From: Narcine bancroftii
Lineage: Eukaryota
Reading direction: 5' to 3'
Assembly (NCBI RefSeq): GCF_036971445.1
Contig: NC_091475.1
Location: forward strand, 26,784,001 to 26,848,000
DNA length: 64,000 nt
Shown: positions 38,140 through 51,507 of the stretch, in pieces
How positions within the stretch are numbered: position 1 is the first letter of the stretch
How the letters are laid out: every line of letters begins with the position of its first letter
The notes under the pieces: generated by a model
The model's database searches: none
What the model was told of the DNA's origin: nothing
Seen by the model: only the letters and a program-made list of their open reading frames with translations
Made by a program: the position numbers and the translations under genes

Positions 38140-38425
38140 GGGCAGCACCGTGGCAGAGCTGGTTGAACTGCTACCCCACAACCTGGGTTCAATTCTAGCC
38201 TCAGGAGCTGTGAGGAGTTTGCACATTCTTCCTGTGATGGCAGTTTCCTTCTACATCTCAAATATGTGGAGATCAGTCAGCTCTAACATTAGGTGAGTGA
38301 TAAAATCTGAGGGAGTGGCTGAGAATATGAACAGAACAACAAATGGTAGGACAGGTATAAATGGGTAGCTGATAGTCAGGGTGAACTTGATGTACTGAAG
38401 GGCCTGGTTCCATGCTACAACTGTG
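38140..38425 (+). mobile_element. tRNA-derived SINE with CR1-like tail
   Basis: gggcagcaccgtggcagagctgg (A box), cctgggttcaattc (B box), ggagtttgcacattct and a gaagggcctggttccatgct tail. Confidence 0.6.
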
Positions 38426-39731
38426 TCTAATATTAACTAAATCATAATTAAATGCTTTTTGTAGATTAGAGTTCCAAATATTTACTGCTATATTCACAAG
38501 AATTTCCCCAGTCACCTAGATCCCATTTTTAAGATTTGGCCTCTATTATTCTTTAACTCCCTCCATCTAACTCAATTCTCCACAATTTCTGAAGGCCTGA
38601 TCAAAAGCTAGTTCAAATCCAGACAACAACTCCTGTTTCCACGATCTTTCCTCTTAATATAAATTATTCACTTATTATTCTGGTAGATCTTTTATATTCT
38701 CTTTCCAAAGCCAATATATCTTGCTAAAAATTATTCCTCTCAATTTTGCATAGCTATATTCCTTGGATTTCTACACCCTTGTACGCTTAAATCCACCAGA
38801 TTTATTGGCCATTTTGGTTATTCGGAGCGCAACAATGAAACAGCAATCATCTATTGACATGGAACCCCGCTCCAATCCTTACAACTGTTCAGTATTTAGT
38901 AGTACTAATCCTGTCCTTTTCATATCGACAGTGAATTACTTCCCATTTGTCTATGTTTAAACCTATTTGCCAATGTTGTTCATTCCCTTAATCTTTTCAT
39001 CTCTAATTTAGTCTCCATCTGCACTGCTGACAATGTTTCTTGTGTCTCCGTCCTAAGTAGACTTGGATACACAGACCATTGTTGAAATGGGTTAAGAAAA
39101 TAGTGAATAGTTGGAAGCACAGCAAGTAACCTTGAAGTTCAAGGACACAACCATTATTCTTGCATTCTATTTTCTTACTCTACTCATTTTCAAGCCAAAT
39201 CAATAAATTGCATTCAATTTCAGTTAACAACCTTATGAACGACTGACATTTAAACAGGCTTCCAGAAGAAATTTGATAAAACTTTTTTCTATCCATGACT
39301 TCAGTAACATTTCTAATATTTCTTTCAGAGGCACGAGCCATTTAGCCCATCAAGTCTGTCAGTTTTCAGAGCATTTTTATTAGTCCCGTTTCCTTGAAAC
39401 CTTTCTCTCTGATGTGACCCTTTACTCCCTTGCACCCATCCCCCAATCTTGTCACTCACGTATACTAGAAGTCAATTGAAGCAGTCATTAATCTGCCCAT
39501 CAACAATGCAGCACTCCAGAGAAACTCATGCAATCACAGGAAGTTTCATACAAACTCCATGCAGCTGGTACCAGATCAGAATCGAACCCGCTGGAGCCAC
39601 ATTGTAGCAGCACTAACTGCTGAACGACACCAAAAGATTTGGCACATCTGACAAATTTCAGTCAATGCTGGCTCTCTCACCAGAAACAAACAGAATATTG
39701 TTCGGATCACTGATCCAGCTCATTACAAATC

Positions 39732-40340
39732 TACTGTATATACACATATAATATTCAAATTTTGTGGACCAATTTTTAAGGTAAAATTTATAGGGTCGCC
39801 CATTACATGCATACTTCTTTTCAACGTGGTAACTAAGTGTAGGTTGGGCCATTAAGAGTTTGGATGGCGGGCAGCTGGCTGGGACCGGGTGTTAAGTCCG
39901 CAGTCGGGGCATTGGGAGCTTGGATGTGTGGGCAGCTAAGGCCTAGGTGAGAGTCCACAGATGGAGGGTCAGGAGCTTGGATGGGCAGGTGATTGTGGCT
40001 GAGGCAAGAGTACACAGTTGGGGCATTGCGAGTTCTGGTGGGCGGATGGCCTAGACCTAGGCAAGAGTCCGCGGTCAGGTGCTCTGGTGGGCAAGTGGCC
40101 TGGGCCTATGCAAGAGACCACGATTGGGAGCTTGGATGGGTGAGCAGCCAGGGCTTTGGACACTTGGGTGGCCTGGGCCGAGATGAGAGTCAGCAGTTGG
40201 GATGGGCAGGTGGCCAGAGCCAAAAAATAGTGGTAGGGGTTCGACTTTTAAACACAATGTATGGAAAATTCAAGATTTTAGGGCAAAAAAGAGGGGGGTC
40301 GACTTTTACATGGTATCAACTATTACACACAAATATATCA
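39732..40340. mobile_element. Tc1/mariner-like MITE with internal ~58-bp minisatellite (inverted relative near 2700-2957)
   Basis: 39732-39805 is the reverse complement of about 2885-2957; repeated GGAGCTTGGATGG...GGCC units at 39855-40220. Confidence 0.7.
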
Positions 40341-41659
40341 TAGTTGAAAATTCCCAGATTTCTCCAAGTTTCATTATTGAGCTCAAATCATTATTGCTAT
40401 TTGATAACATTCTCACACAAGTGGATTGTGAACTAAACCTATTCATTGGATCTAAACTGGTTTCTCCCTTGTAGGGGATTTAGTTCCAGTAAAATGTCCC
40501 TGTACAACAGAAATAAAAAGATTTTAGAGATATAATCATGTCCATTTTCCCCGAATCCAAGATGATTAAAATTCCTCCATTGAAATCACCACTCTTTTGC
40601 TATATTTGTCTAAATTAAAAACTAATACAGTATATTGTTAAATAAATCCCATTAGCCTCAAATCCTTTTCTATTCTTTAATACTACCCATGAAGTTTCTG
40701 CTAACTACGTTGGGCCAATAAAAATATCAAGTCAAATTGATGAACAAATAACAGCCAAATGAAAGGTTTTGTCTGCTCTCACTGGATTCAAGAATTACCT
40801 CATCAATTTCACATACTTGTAATCCTCACCTAAAAGTTAGTAAAGCAGCCACTGCTTGGGTAAAATAAAAGCTCCTGCTTAATTTGGAAATACCGTAATA
40901 AGCTTTAGTAGAGAAGTACTGCAAACTGCTTCTTCAATCATAATTATTTACACTTTCTCACATTAGCAGCTCCCCAACACTCAGCGTTCACAGTTGTTAC
41001 TCAAAGCAAAGCAACTTAAAGATTTCCACAAACTCAATTTAATATGAAAATCCTAAAATTTGCGAGTCACAATTCAGCCCTCCGACAATCTTCACATGGA
41101 AACTACTGAATGGAAACAAACTTTACAAGATGATCTCACTGCAAAATTGCACAGGATTGACAAGATGTATTACATTTCTACCTCATAGTCACTGCTTGGC
41201 AAACCACCTGGTCTAAAAATTAATTTCATCCAGCTGCCTTGAAATTTCTTTTATTTTTATTTTTTTTAAAAAGGTTTATTATAAATAGTGAATCTCAGCT
41301 TCTACCTTGCTTGTATACAATTTTAAATATGTCAGGAATTTAAAAATGCACATTTTGCAAAAATTCAGCTTGATGCCTTCATGACTTGTCAGGCACCAGG
41401 AATCCACACAAAACAAGCCCAATCAAGCAGGTGGCATCAGAAAAAGGAATTTTTCATGGGACCCACACAGGGAAGTTTTCTTCAAGCTGTTGTTGCTGCC
41501 CTATTAACGACAAACTTCTGATTTTGTAATTTATCCTATAACCACAACTGAACCATTTGCACGTCACTGCACGAGAACACACGATGCCACATAAATACAC
41601 CATCAGGTGAATCCTATTCACATTTTCATCCAACTTTATTTCCTGAAACGTTTATGATT

Positions 41660-41975
41660 CACAACCTGGTGTTCATCAGTGGCGTTGCAACATCTTACCC
41701 CGCCATGTTGGTCTTTTTGATGCTGATCGTCAGCTTGAACTTCTGGCAGGCCTTGGTGAAGTTGTCGATCAGCCGCTACCTTTCTGTGTGGAAGATCAGT
41801 ACTGCGTCATCAGTGACCAGTAGCTCTCTGATGAGAGCCTGCAGGTCTTGGTCTTTGCTTTGAAGAAAGCACATTAGTATTTCCACATCCTCAGGTGTTT
41901 GCAAAGGTTTGGTTATGACATCGGAAACCTTGGCAAACTTCCACAGGTGTGCGCTGATTAACTGCATCATGGTCT
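41660..41975 (-). mobile_element. Older degenerate RTE-like RT fragment
   Basis: Minus-strand remnants IRELLVTDDAVLIFHTE and RLIDNFTKACQKFKLTISIKKT, with frameshifts. Confidence 0.7.
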
Positions 41976-41977
41976 GG

Positions 41978-44830
41978 TTCTTTCTTTCTCTTTGGCTTGG
42001 CTTCGCGGACGAAGATTTATGGAGGGGGTAAAAAGTCCACGTCAGCTGCAGGCTCGTTTGTGGCTGACCAGTCCGATGCGGGACAGGCAGACACGATTGC
42101 AGCGGTTGCAAGGGAAAATTGGTTGGTTGGGGTTGGGTGTTGGGTTTTTCCTCCTTTGCCTTTTGTCAGTGAGGTGGGCTCTGCGGTCTTCTTCAAAGGA
42201 GGCTGCTGCCCGCCAAACTGTGAGGCGCCAAGATGCACGGTTTGAGGCGTTATCAGCCCACTGGCGGTGGTCAATGTGGCAGGCACCAAGAGATTTCTTT
42301 AGGCAGTCCTTGTACCTTTTCTTTGGTGCACCTCTGTCACGGTGGCCAGTGGAGAGCTCGCCATATAATACGATCTTGGGAAGGCGATGGTCCTCCATTC
42401 TGGAGACGTGACCCATCCAGCGCAGCTGGATCTTCAGCAGCGTGGACTCGATGCTGTCGACCTCTGCCATCTCGAGTACCTCGACGTTAGGGGTGTGAGC
42501 GCTCCAATGGATGTTGAGGATGGAGCGGAGACAACGCTGGTGGAAGCGTTCTAGGAGCCGTAGGTGGTGCCGGTAGAGGACCCATGATTCGGAGCCGAAC
42601 AGGAGTGTGGGTATGACAACGGCTCTGTATACGCTTATCTTTGTGAGGTTTTTCAGTTGGTTGTTTTTCCAGACTCTTTTGTGTAGTCTTCCAAAGGCGC
42701 TATTTGCCTTGGCGAGTCTGTTGTCTATCTCATTGTCGATCCTTGCATCTGATGAAATGGTGCAGCCGAGATAGGTAAACTGGTTGACCGTTTTGAGTTT
42801 TGTGTGCCCGATGGAGATGTGGGGGGGCTGGTAGTCATGGTGGGGAGCTGGCTGATGGAGGACCTCAGTTTTCTTCAGGCTGACTTCCAGGCCAAACATT
42901 TTGGCAGTTTCCGCAAAGCAGGACGTCAAGCGCTGAAGAGCTGGCTCTGAATGGGCAACTAAAGCGGCATCATCTGCAAAGAGTAGTTCACGGACAAGTT
43001 TCTCTTGTGTCTTGGTGTGAGCTTGCAGGCGCCTCAGATTGAAGAGACTGCCATCCGTGCGGTACCGGATGTAAACAGCGTCTTCATTGTTGGGGTCTTT
43101 CATGGCTTGGTTCAGCATCATGCTGAAGAAGATTGAAAAGAGGGTTGGTGCGAGAACACAGCCTTGCTTCACGCCATTGTTAATGGAGAAGGGTTCAGAG
43201 AGCTCATTGCTGTATCTGACCCGACCTTGTTGGTTTTCGTGCAGTTGGATAATCATGTTGAGGAACTTTGGGGGACATCCGATGCGCTCTAGTATTTGCC
43301 AAAGCCCTTTCCTGCTCACGGTGTCGAAGGCTTTGGTGAGGTCAACAAAGGTGATGTAGAGTCCTTTGTTTTGTTCTCTACACTTTTCTTGGAGCTGTCT
43401 GAGGGCAAAGACCATGTCAGTGGTTCCTCTGTTAGCGCGAAAGCCGCACTGTGATTCTGGGAGAATATTCTCAGCGACACTAGGTATTATTCTATTTAGT
43501 AGAATCCTAGCGAAGATTTTGCCTGCAATGGAGAGCAACGTGATTCCCCTGTAGTTTGAGCAGTCTGATTTCTCGCCTTTGTTTTTGTACAGGGTGATGA
43601 TGGTGGCATCACGAAGATCCTGAGGCAGTTTACCTTGGTCCCAACAAAGCTTGAAAAACTCATGCAGTTTGGCATGCAGAGTTTTGCCGCCAGCCTTCCA
43701 GACTTCTGGGGGGATTCCATCCATACCTGCTGCTTTGCCACTTTTCAGTTGTTCGATTGCCTTATATGTCTCATCCAGGGTGGGAACCTCATCCAGCTCT
43801 AGCCTTAGGGGCTGTTGAGGGAGCTGGAGCAGGGCGGAATCTTGGACTGAGCGGTTGGTACTGAAAAGAGATTGGAAGTGTTCTGACCATCGGTTGAGGA
43901 TGGAGATCTTGTCGCTGAGGAGGACTTTGCCATCTGAGCTGCGCAGCGGGCTTTGGACTTGGGGTGAGGGGCCGTACACAGCCTTTAGAGCCTCGTAGAA
44001 ACCCCTGAAGTCGCCAATGTCCGCGCTGAGCTGTGTTCGTTTGGCGAGGCTAGTCCACCACTCATTTTGGATCTCCCGGAGTTTGCGCTGAAGATGGCTG
44101 CATGCGCGACGGAAGGCTTGTTTCTTCTCTGGACAGGACGGCTTTGTAAGGTGAGCCTGGTGGGCAGCTCGCTTCTTTGCCAGCAGCTCCTGGATTTCCT
44201 GGCTGTTTTCGTCAAACCAGTCCTTGTTTTTCCTGGAGGAGAAGCCCAGTACCTCTTCAGTGGGTTGCAGTATGGTAGTCTTCAACTGATCCCAGAGGGT
44301 TTCAGGGGACGGGTCCGTGAGGCGGGTTGCAACGTCGAGCTTTGCTTTGAGGTTTGCCTGGAAGTTTCCTCTCGCTTCGTCTGACTGCAGTTTTCCAACA
44401 TTGAACCTCTTTCTGGGGGCTTTATTGTTCCTGGGCTTTGGCTTGAAGTGAAGGTTGAGCTTGCAGCGAACCAGCCGGTGGTCAGTGTGGCATTCCGCGC
44501 TAGGCATGACCCTGGTGTGGAGCACATCTTGTTTGTCACTTTCTCGCACCAGGATGTAGTCCAGGAGGTGCCAGTGTTTGGATCGGGGATGCATCCAGGT
44601 GGTCTTAAGGCTGTCCCTCTGCTGAAAAAGGGTGTTTGTAATGACAAGCCGCTGTTCTGCGCAGAGCTCCAACAGGAGGCGCCCATTGTCGTTGCACTTG
44701 CCGACGCCATGCTTGCCCAGGATTCCTGGCCAGGTTTCTGAGTCTTTGCCGACACGAGCGTTGAAGTCGCCCAGGATGACAACCTTGTCGGCTGTAGGGG
44801 TACGTTGGATGAGGTTGCGCAGGTCGGTGT
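41978..44830 (-). mobile_element. RTE-clade LINE, 5'-truncated, young (APE endonuclease remnant + RT + C-terminal CCHC-like motif)
   Basis: Stop-free frame 44830-42042 (about 929 codons) with GDFNARVG, TWMHPRSKHWHLLDY, TDHRLV, FVDLTKAFDTV, GVKQGCVLAP, LLFADD and CNRC...H...C. Short 3' UTR ends GCGAAGCCAAGCC with an AAAG-rich tail. Confidence 0.96.
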
Positions 44831-44834
44831 ATCA

Positions 44835-45110
44835 CAAGACTTGTACCACCAGGTTCAAGAACAGATGCTACCTCTCCACCATCAGGGTCCCAAACAACAA
44901 ACTCAGACTCATTTTAGAATTCTTCTTTGCACCTTACTGATTTTTTTTTAAATTTTAGCTTGCATTTCTTCCTTTTATATTCATATCTTTTCTCGAGTAC
45001 AATTTTATTGCACTCGCGATAAGTAGAAACTCTACCTGGCCCACAGGAAAAAGAATCTCAGGGTTATACATTATGTCATGTATACTCTGACAATAAACCT
45101 GCTTTATTCT
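44835..45110 (+). mobile_element. Rex1-like 3' tail fragment (second copy near 51030-51270)
   Basis: Both loci share accaggttca...accatcag and ctggcccacaggaaaaagaatctc...atgtactct. Confidence 0.6.
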
Positions 45111-46804
45111 GAAATTATGCTCCCATTTTTAGATTTGCCCATGAGGAGAATCTTGTTCGGTATGTAAATTCAAAAAATCAATATGCTGCAATGTGAATAT
45201 TTTTCATTTTCCTATGGTCCAAATGAGTAAGGGGACATGTTCTTTTTTTTTGAGTTAAACAACTCCTTTGTCTTGGGAAACAACCTGTGATCCTTTACAC
45301 AACTGCTTCCAACACTTGCTTAAAAGCTTAAGTAAGGAGGCCAAACAATTTGAAGTAGGCCAGATACAGTTTAACTAATGCCCTGTCAGACTTAGCAAAG
45401 CTCCCCTAATTTATGCTCCATCCACCATATAGTAAAGACCAATATTCCATCCTCTCTAATTCTATCCAATTTCCTGCAAAAATCCTCTGTGCAGTGGTAT
45501 TCCACAGACTCACGTCATTAAATAAATTCTACTTTTCTTCCTAACAGGTCTAATTTCACTCCACACGTCACTTTTTTTTCAAACCATTCACTCATTCCAT
45601 CCAAATGCTTTTGTAGCTTGTTTATTCCTCACTGTTTGGTTTGTACCAGTTTTGGCAAATTTGGACAAGACAATCTCAGTCATTAACATAGATTTTAAAT
45701 ATTCAAAGCTCCAGTAGACCCAACAATATCAGCTATCCAACATACAAATTATTCCCACCTAACTCTGCTAATCCTATATCCATGCTAATATATAATTATT
45801 CCTAATGTTAGCAACTCTCATTTAATGTAATTCATGTGGCATCTTATCAACTGTCTAAAATCTAAATGCTCATCTAAATGGATCTATCCCGTTTGATAAA
45901 TTCTTAATAAACTAATTTATGAAACATTACCTTCTGCTCAAAATACGATCCAGCAGAGGAAACACGGTTTTATGATTTTCTAAATGACCTCCTACTATAT
46001 CCTTTCCACAGCATTTTCTAAATGACTAAAGTTAGGATCACAAAGAGAAAGAAGGTTTACGATGCTTCCCTCCTTTCTTAAACAGGAGGGTCTTCCAATC
46101 CATTGGTACCGATCCAGAATCTAGTCCATTTTGGAAGATAACAACCATATTTGCTTCTACTATGTTATAGACTTGGTCTTTAGTTTTGCTAATCTCTGAC
46201 CGCCCTTGTCCAATGATAAAGATTGTTTTAAGTCCTTTATTTCTCTTTGATCTTTAGATTTTCTATTGAGAGGATGTTACTGTTTTCTACATGACCCTAG
46301 TTTTATTTTTAAATAGATAAAAAATTTTATTTCCTGTTTTTATATTTCACGTTAGCTAACTTTTATAATATATTTCCCCCTCCCCCATTTTTAAAGTAAT
46401 CTTTTGCTGGCTTCTAAAATGTTCCCACACTTCTGATTTTGTCGTCTCTTTCAGTTTCTTTATAAATCTCATTGTCTCATTCTGCAACTTTCAAACCATC
46501 TCTGCCAATTTCAATGCCCCACCTAATGCAAACGTGTACAAATGTGACCATCTGCATTGAATTTCCAAAGTTACTTGCTTTTTAACACCATGCTGCTCTG
46601 TCCATACTCATTCAGGAGAAGCTATTCAAGTAAGCAATCAATGTTTTTTTTGCCTTCAAGTTCTCTTTTCCATAAACTTTGAAGCGTAAAATCCCATATG
46701 AAAATTTATCAAAATGCTTTTCTAACTAGTTGACGAATGTCACAGATGACTTCCTGATTGGAAAGCTTCCTTTTCTATACCGGAGAGAATTTTAAATTTA
46801 AAAA

Positions 46805-47005
46805 ATTTAGACAGTAACAGGCCTTTTCAGCCACAAGCCCATGCCATCCAATTGACCCTGGTACATTTTGAACGGGAGCCCTTGGGGAAACCCCATGCAA
46901 ACATGGGAAGAACGAACAAACTCCTTACAGGCAGTGCAGGAACTGAACCGTGGTTCCGATCAATGCCGCTATAAAGGCATTGTGCGAACCGCTATGCCAA
47001 CCATG
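46805..47005 (-). mobile_element. V-SINE (HE1-like)
   Basis: Colinear with 16011-16230 (atttagac...gtaacaggcc...acaaactccttacag). Confidence 0.7.
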
Positions 47006-48399
47006 CCACCCCTCAGCATTTAATTCCCATCCCTTATTTCCCTTGAATCAAAGTGCCTTGCTAAGCCAGTTCAGAGGGTGTTTAAAACTTGGGAGTCACC
47101 AAGGTAAAAATGGGAAAGCATTTCTTACAAAGATATCCAAGAGAGCTTTAAAAATATCATTCCTCATGACGAGATTTTCCTCAAATACAGCATTACTAAA
47201 TGAGCTTAAATACCATAGCTGTCACAGTGGGATTTGAATGTGGATCTCTGGATTGTCAGCTCAGGCCTTTTAATTATAGGTTATCTAACTTAACCACCAT
47301 TATTGTTGGTCTCAGAATGCTGCTCTAATTTACTTGTGATAAACAATTCCATGATGTCACCTGAAATGAAGCACAACTAATATGCTTGGGATTGTTTAGT
47401 CACCCTTCAGAACACATACTATGTTAGCTATTTCCAATATACTAGTCCCTTGTAACGACAAACAGTAACTCAGATCTACTCCAATTTTATTTTAAAAACC
47501 AAATCTCTACTCCAGGAATTTGTTCTGAGCATTATTCACCAATATTTCAGCTCACATACAAGAGTCATCAATTTTAGAAATGATGCCAGGATTTGAATAC
47601 ACTCTTCTCTTGTAATAAAAATTGCCCTGAATGTTGTCATGACATTCACTTACTTTACAAGTGTGAACAGGGAGTATTTATTCTTACAATTAGTTTCCTC
47701 CACAATCACACACTAATGATTGAAAGGAAACGAATTCATTCAAAAATGAAGAATTAAATACCAGAGCTCTGTGATTAACAGAACTCTGTAGGATTATAGG
47801 AGGAAATGGAGTGATGTATTTGAAAAAATATATATGTCTTATATCTCTCAAAGAACAGACCAAGCAGTAGAGTTCAATTCAAAAACTTCCCTGATATTAA
47901 GCTGATGGTGAGAGAAACACAGAAAGGAAAGTAGAAACACTTCAAATATACCCATTTATTGTGCAGATGTGCTGTTGTGAATGCATCTCTATTTCAGTGG
48001 TTAGATATTTATCAATATCCAACCACCATTGATTAAGGCACCAGAAATTTGATTGATACTACAAAGCTGCCCACAATAATAAAGAGTAAATGTTTCAGTG
48101 AAGCAGTAATCAATAAATGACTCATCCAAATGGTTCTGTAACCAAGAGAGAAAGTCTGCATTTAAAGAATTAGGAGAATTCCAAAAACCTGGTTGTGTCT
48201 ATCTACACTGGCGATGGAATATCTGGACTGGAGAGAAATACTGGTTCTCACATCTACTTTGCATTAAGAATTTGTTTACCACACATTAAGTAACAGAACC
48301 TTTGTTTAAATAAAATGGCCCCAAAAGTAAACCAGGAAACCAAGAGCCTGATGTTAGTAGTAGGTAAATTATTTGGAGGGTGTTCCGAGATTGAGTAGA

Positions 48400-49582
48400 C
48401 AAGTATTTGGACAGACAGGGGTTGATTAAGGATAGTCAGCGTGGATTTGTGCACGGTAGGTCATGTTTAATGAACCATTCAGTTTTTTTTGAGGAGGTTA
48501 TCAAGAAAACAGAAGAAGGAAAGGCTGTAGATGTTGTTGACATGGACTTTAGTAAGGACTTTGACAAGGTCCCACACGGGAGGTTAGATCAGAAGATTCA
48601 GACACTAGGTAGCCATGGAGAGGCTATAAAATGGATTTGAAATTGGCTGAATGGGAAAAGACAGACTGGTAAATGATTGCTTCTCAGACTGGAGGCCTGT
48701 GATGAGTGGTGTGCCTCAGGGATCAGTGCTGGGACCATTGTTGTTTGTTGTCTATATCAACAATCTGGATAATAACGTGGTAAATTGGATCTGCAAGTTT
48801 GGAGGCATTATGGACAGTGAGGAAGGTTTTCAAAGCTTGCAGAGGGATCTGGATCAGCTGGAAAAATGGGACAGAAAATGGCAGATGGAATTTAATGCAA
48901 CAAGTGTGAGATATGCACTTTGGAAGGACAAACCAAGGTAGGACACTGAGGAATGTGGAGGAACAAAGGGATCTGGGAATATAGATACATAATTCCCTGA
49001 AAGTGGTGTCACAGGTAGACAGAGTTATAAAGAAAGCTTTTAGCATCTTGTCCTTTATAAATCAAAGTATTGTGTACAGGAATTAGGATGTTATGATGAG
49101 GTTATATTGTGTACAGATCTGGTTGTCTAACTACAAGAAGGATATCAGCAACGTAGAAAGAGTGCAGAAAAGATTTACTAAGATGTTGCCAGGTCTTCAA
49201 GAGTTGAGTTACAGGGAAAGATGAATCAGGTTAGTTTATTCATTGGACAGAGGTTTACAAATTTATGAGGGGTATAGACAGAGTAAATGCTCTTTCCACC
49301 GATTAGGAGTGAAAAATACGAGAAGACATGGTTTAGGATGAAAGGGGAAAGATTTAGGTGAAACATCTTCACTCAAGAGACTGGTGGGAGTGTGGACTGG
49401 GCTGCCATTTGATATGATAAATCCGGCTCACTCAAGTTTTAAAAATAAACTGGATAGAATCATGGATGGGAGAAATCTGGAGGGTTATGGAATGGGTGCA
49501 GGTCAATGGCACCAGATGAATATTTCGGCACAGAGTAGAAAGGCTGAATGGCCTGATTTCTGTGTTGCGTTCTATGGTTCTA
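48400..49582 (+). mobile_element. CR1-clade LINE 3' portion, decayed
   Basis: SQRGFVHGRSCL, AVDVVDMDFSKDFDKVPHGRL, SGVPQGSVLGPLLF and LQRDLDQLEKW; CR1-like 3' end gctgaatggcct...ctatggttcta. Confidence 0.92.
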
Positions 49583-51507
49583 ACTGCCAATACTCTGCAC
49601 AAATTCATACACCAACACCAAATGTTTTATCCCACCACAATTATACATGAACAGAATCCCAAAACTTTAAAGCAAAGTAGATTGCTGTAAACGACAAGGT
49701 TAATGTCTCACAGTTGGAGCTCAATTTCTGTTTTATTTTAATTTTAAACAATCTACCTCATAAGTAAAGATCCTATTCCACATTTGATTGCATTGCTGTA
49801 TAACAGATTTTCCCCAAGTTGCTGTTACTTTAATAGCTGTTGGTCAAAAGACTGGAGTTTTGGCATACTGTCGAGTATAAAACTGATGTCAAGTACTTTC
49901 ATGGTGATGGAAACCGAGAAGTCCATAGAGTATGAATGGAATTTGGGAACTCCCTAATCTACACTTCTTCACTAAAATTTAAGCTACCAACTTTTTCTTA
50001 GACAACAAAAACCATCCCTTAAAATATGAAACACGAGAACATAGACACAGAGTTGGCCATTCAATATGATCATGCCTGAACTGTCCCAGGCTTCATCATC
50101 TTTTCTGTGCCAGTTTCCCATAACCCAATTCTCTTCCAAACATTTTATTAATTCCCCTTTAAACGCCCACAAAGATATTGCCTCCAAATGCAGTCTGTCT
50201 GTGAAGGGTTCTACAAATGTGCAATGTTTGCACATTGGGATTCATTTATTGGCTTCAATATGGGCTTACAGAAGATTTAAAAAAAAAACAAAATTTCTAC
50301 TACAGTGAAGCATAAACAAAAATATTATTTGATGTTGGAATGGACCCATTGCTGAGGAATCCAATTCAGTTTTGTATTATCCAAGTCATTAGGTGAAAAC
50401 CAAATAGAAGTTGATGAAATTTTAATCTACAAAGATGAATTGAGGTTTGAGCATTGTCAAATTCTGCTCCAAATTAGTAGTACATGTTTTAACACATGAA
50501 AAACTACGTGTTGGGCAAGAAATGGGACAAAACATGCAGAGTTTAAAAACATGAAAAGTAGTAAATTTGTACATAGTAACTTTCAACAAACAGCAACAAT
50601 TTGTTCAAGGGTAAATATTAACCACGACACCAGAAAGAATGCTATTAATCATCTGTAAATGACACCTTTGGATCTTTGATATTTATGCTTGAGAAGGACA
50701 GGGTAATGTTTCATTAGAGAGACAGCTCTTACTACAGCGCAGAATTCTCTCAGCAGAGAGTCTTGAACAGCGATCACATTTACGAATTCACAACATTTGG
50801 AAGTCAAGAAACAAGATACAAATGTCTTCTTGGTCATTATATCCCTGGACCACCATAATTCCATGAGGAAAAATATTAAGTTTCAAAACTTAAAACCTAT
50901 CCAAAACATCATGGAATTTATTACACTCAAATAAATACAGGCATGACAGAGAATTTCTAGAAAAAAAACATGCATAATCTTGGTTTCTGCCTGGCCTTGG
51001 TCACCTCCGCTACACAAATTCTGGACAGATCACCAGGTTCACAATCAGTTTTATTACCATCAGACTCCGAATCAATAAACTCACATTCAATTTAAGGACT
51101 TTTACATTGCACATTTATTTATTACTGATTTTTTTTTCTGTATTGTAGTTTGTTTAAGTTTCTCTCTCTTGTATACATACATTTTCTCATGACTGGCCCA
51201 CAGGAAAAAGAATCTCCAGATTGTATGCGATGTCTTGTATGTACTCAACAAGAAATCTGAACATTGAATTTCTAAAAAAAGGTTATGCACAGTTAGTGAA
51301 AGAAGATTGTTAAGTAGATCCAGAGAGCTTTGTTACTTGCCACTCATTTGGGATGTTTAATTCACCATCCAAGAAGATTCATGTTTACTCTGAAGTATGG
51401 CTTTTGCAACATTGAAGCTTTGCTGTGTCAACTCCTGGAAGTATGTCGCATTATGACCAAGTCCCTACAGCTTTTGTGATCCCACCACATGGTTGCTTTG
51501 AAATATA

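Noticed and set aside
41992-44940. Many short antisense or alternate-frame ORFs over the RTE (likewise over the Gypsy element)
   Set aside because: Shadow ORFs of GC-rich TE coding sequence with no independent domain signal.
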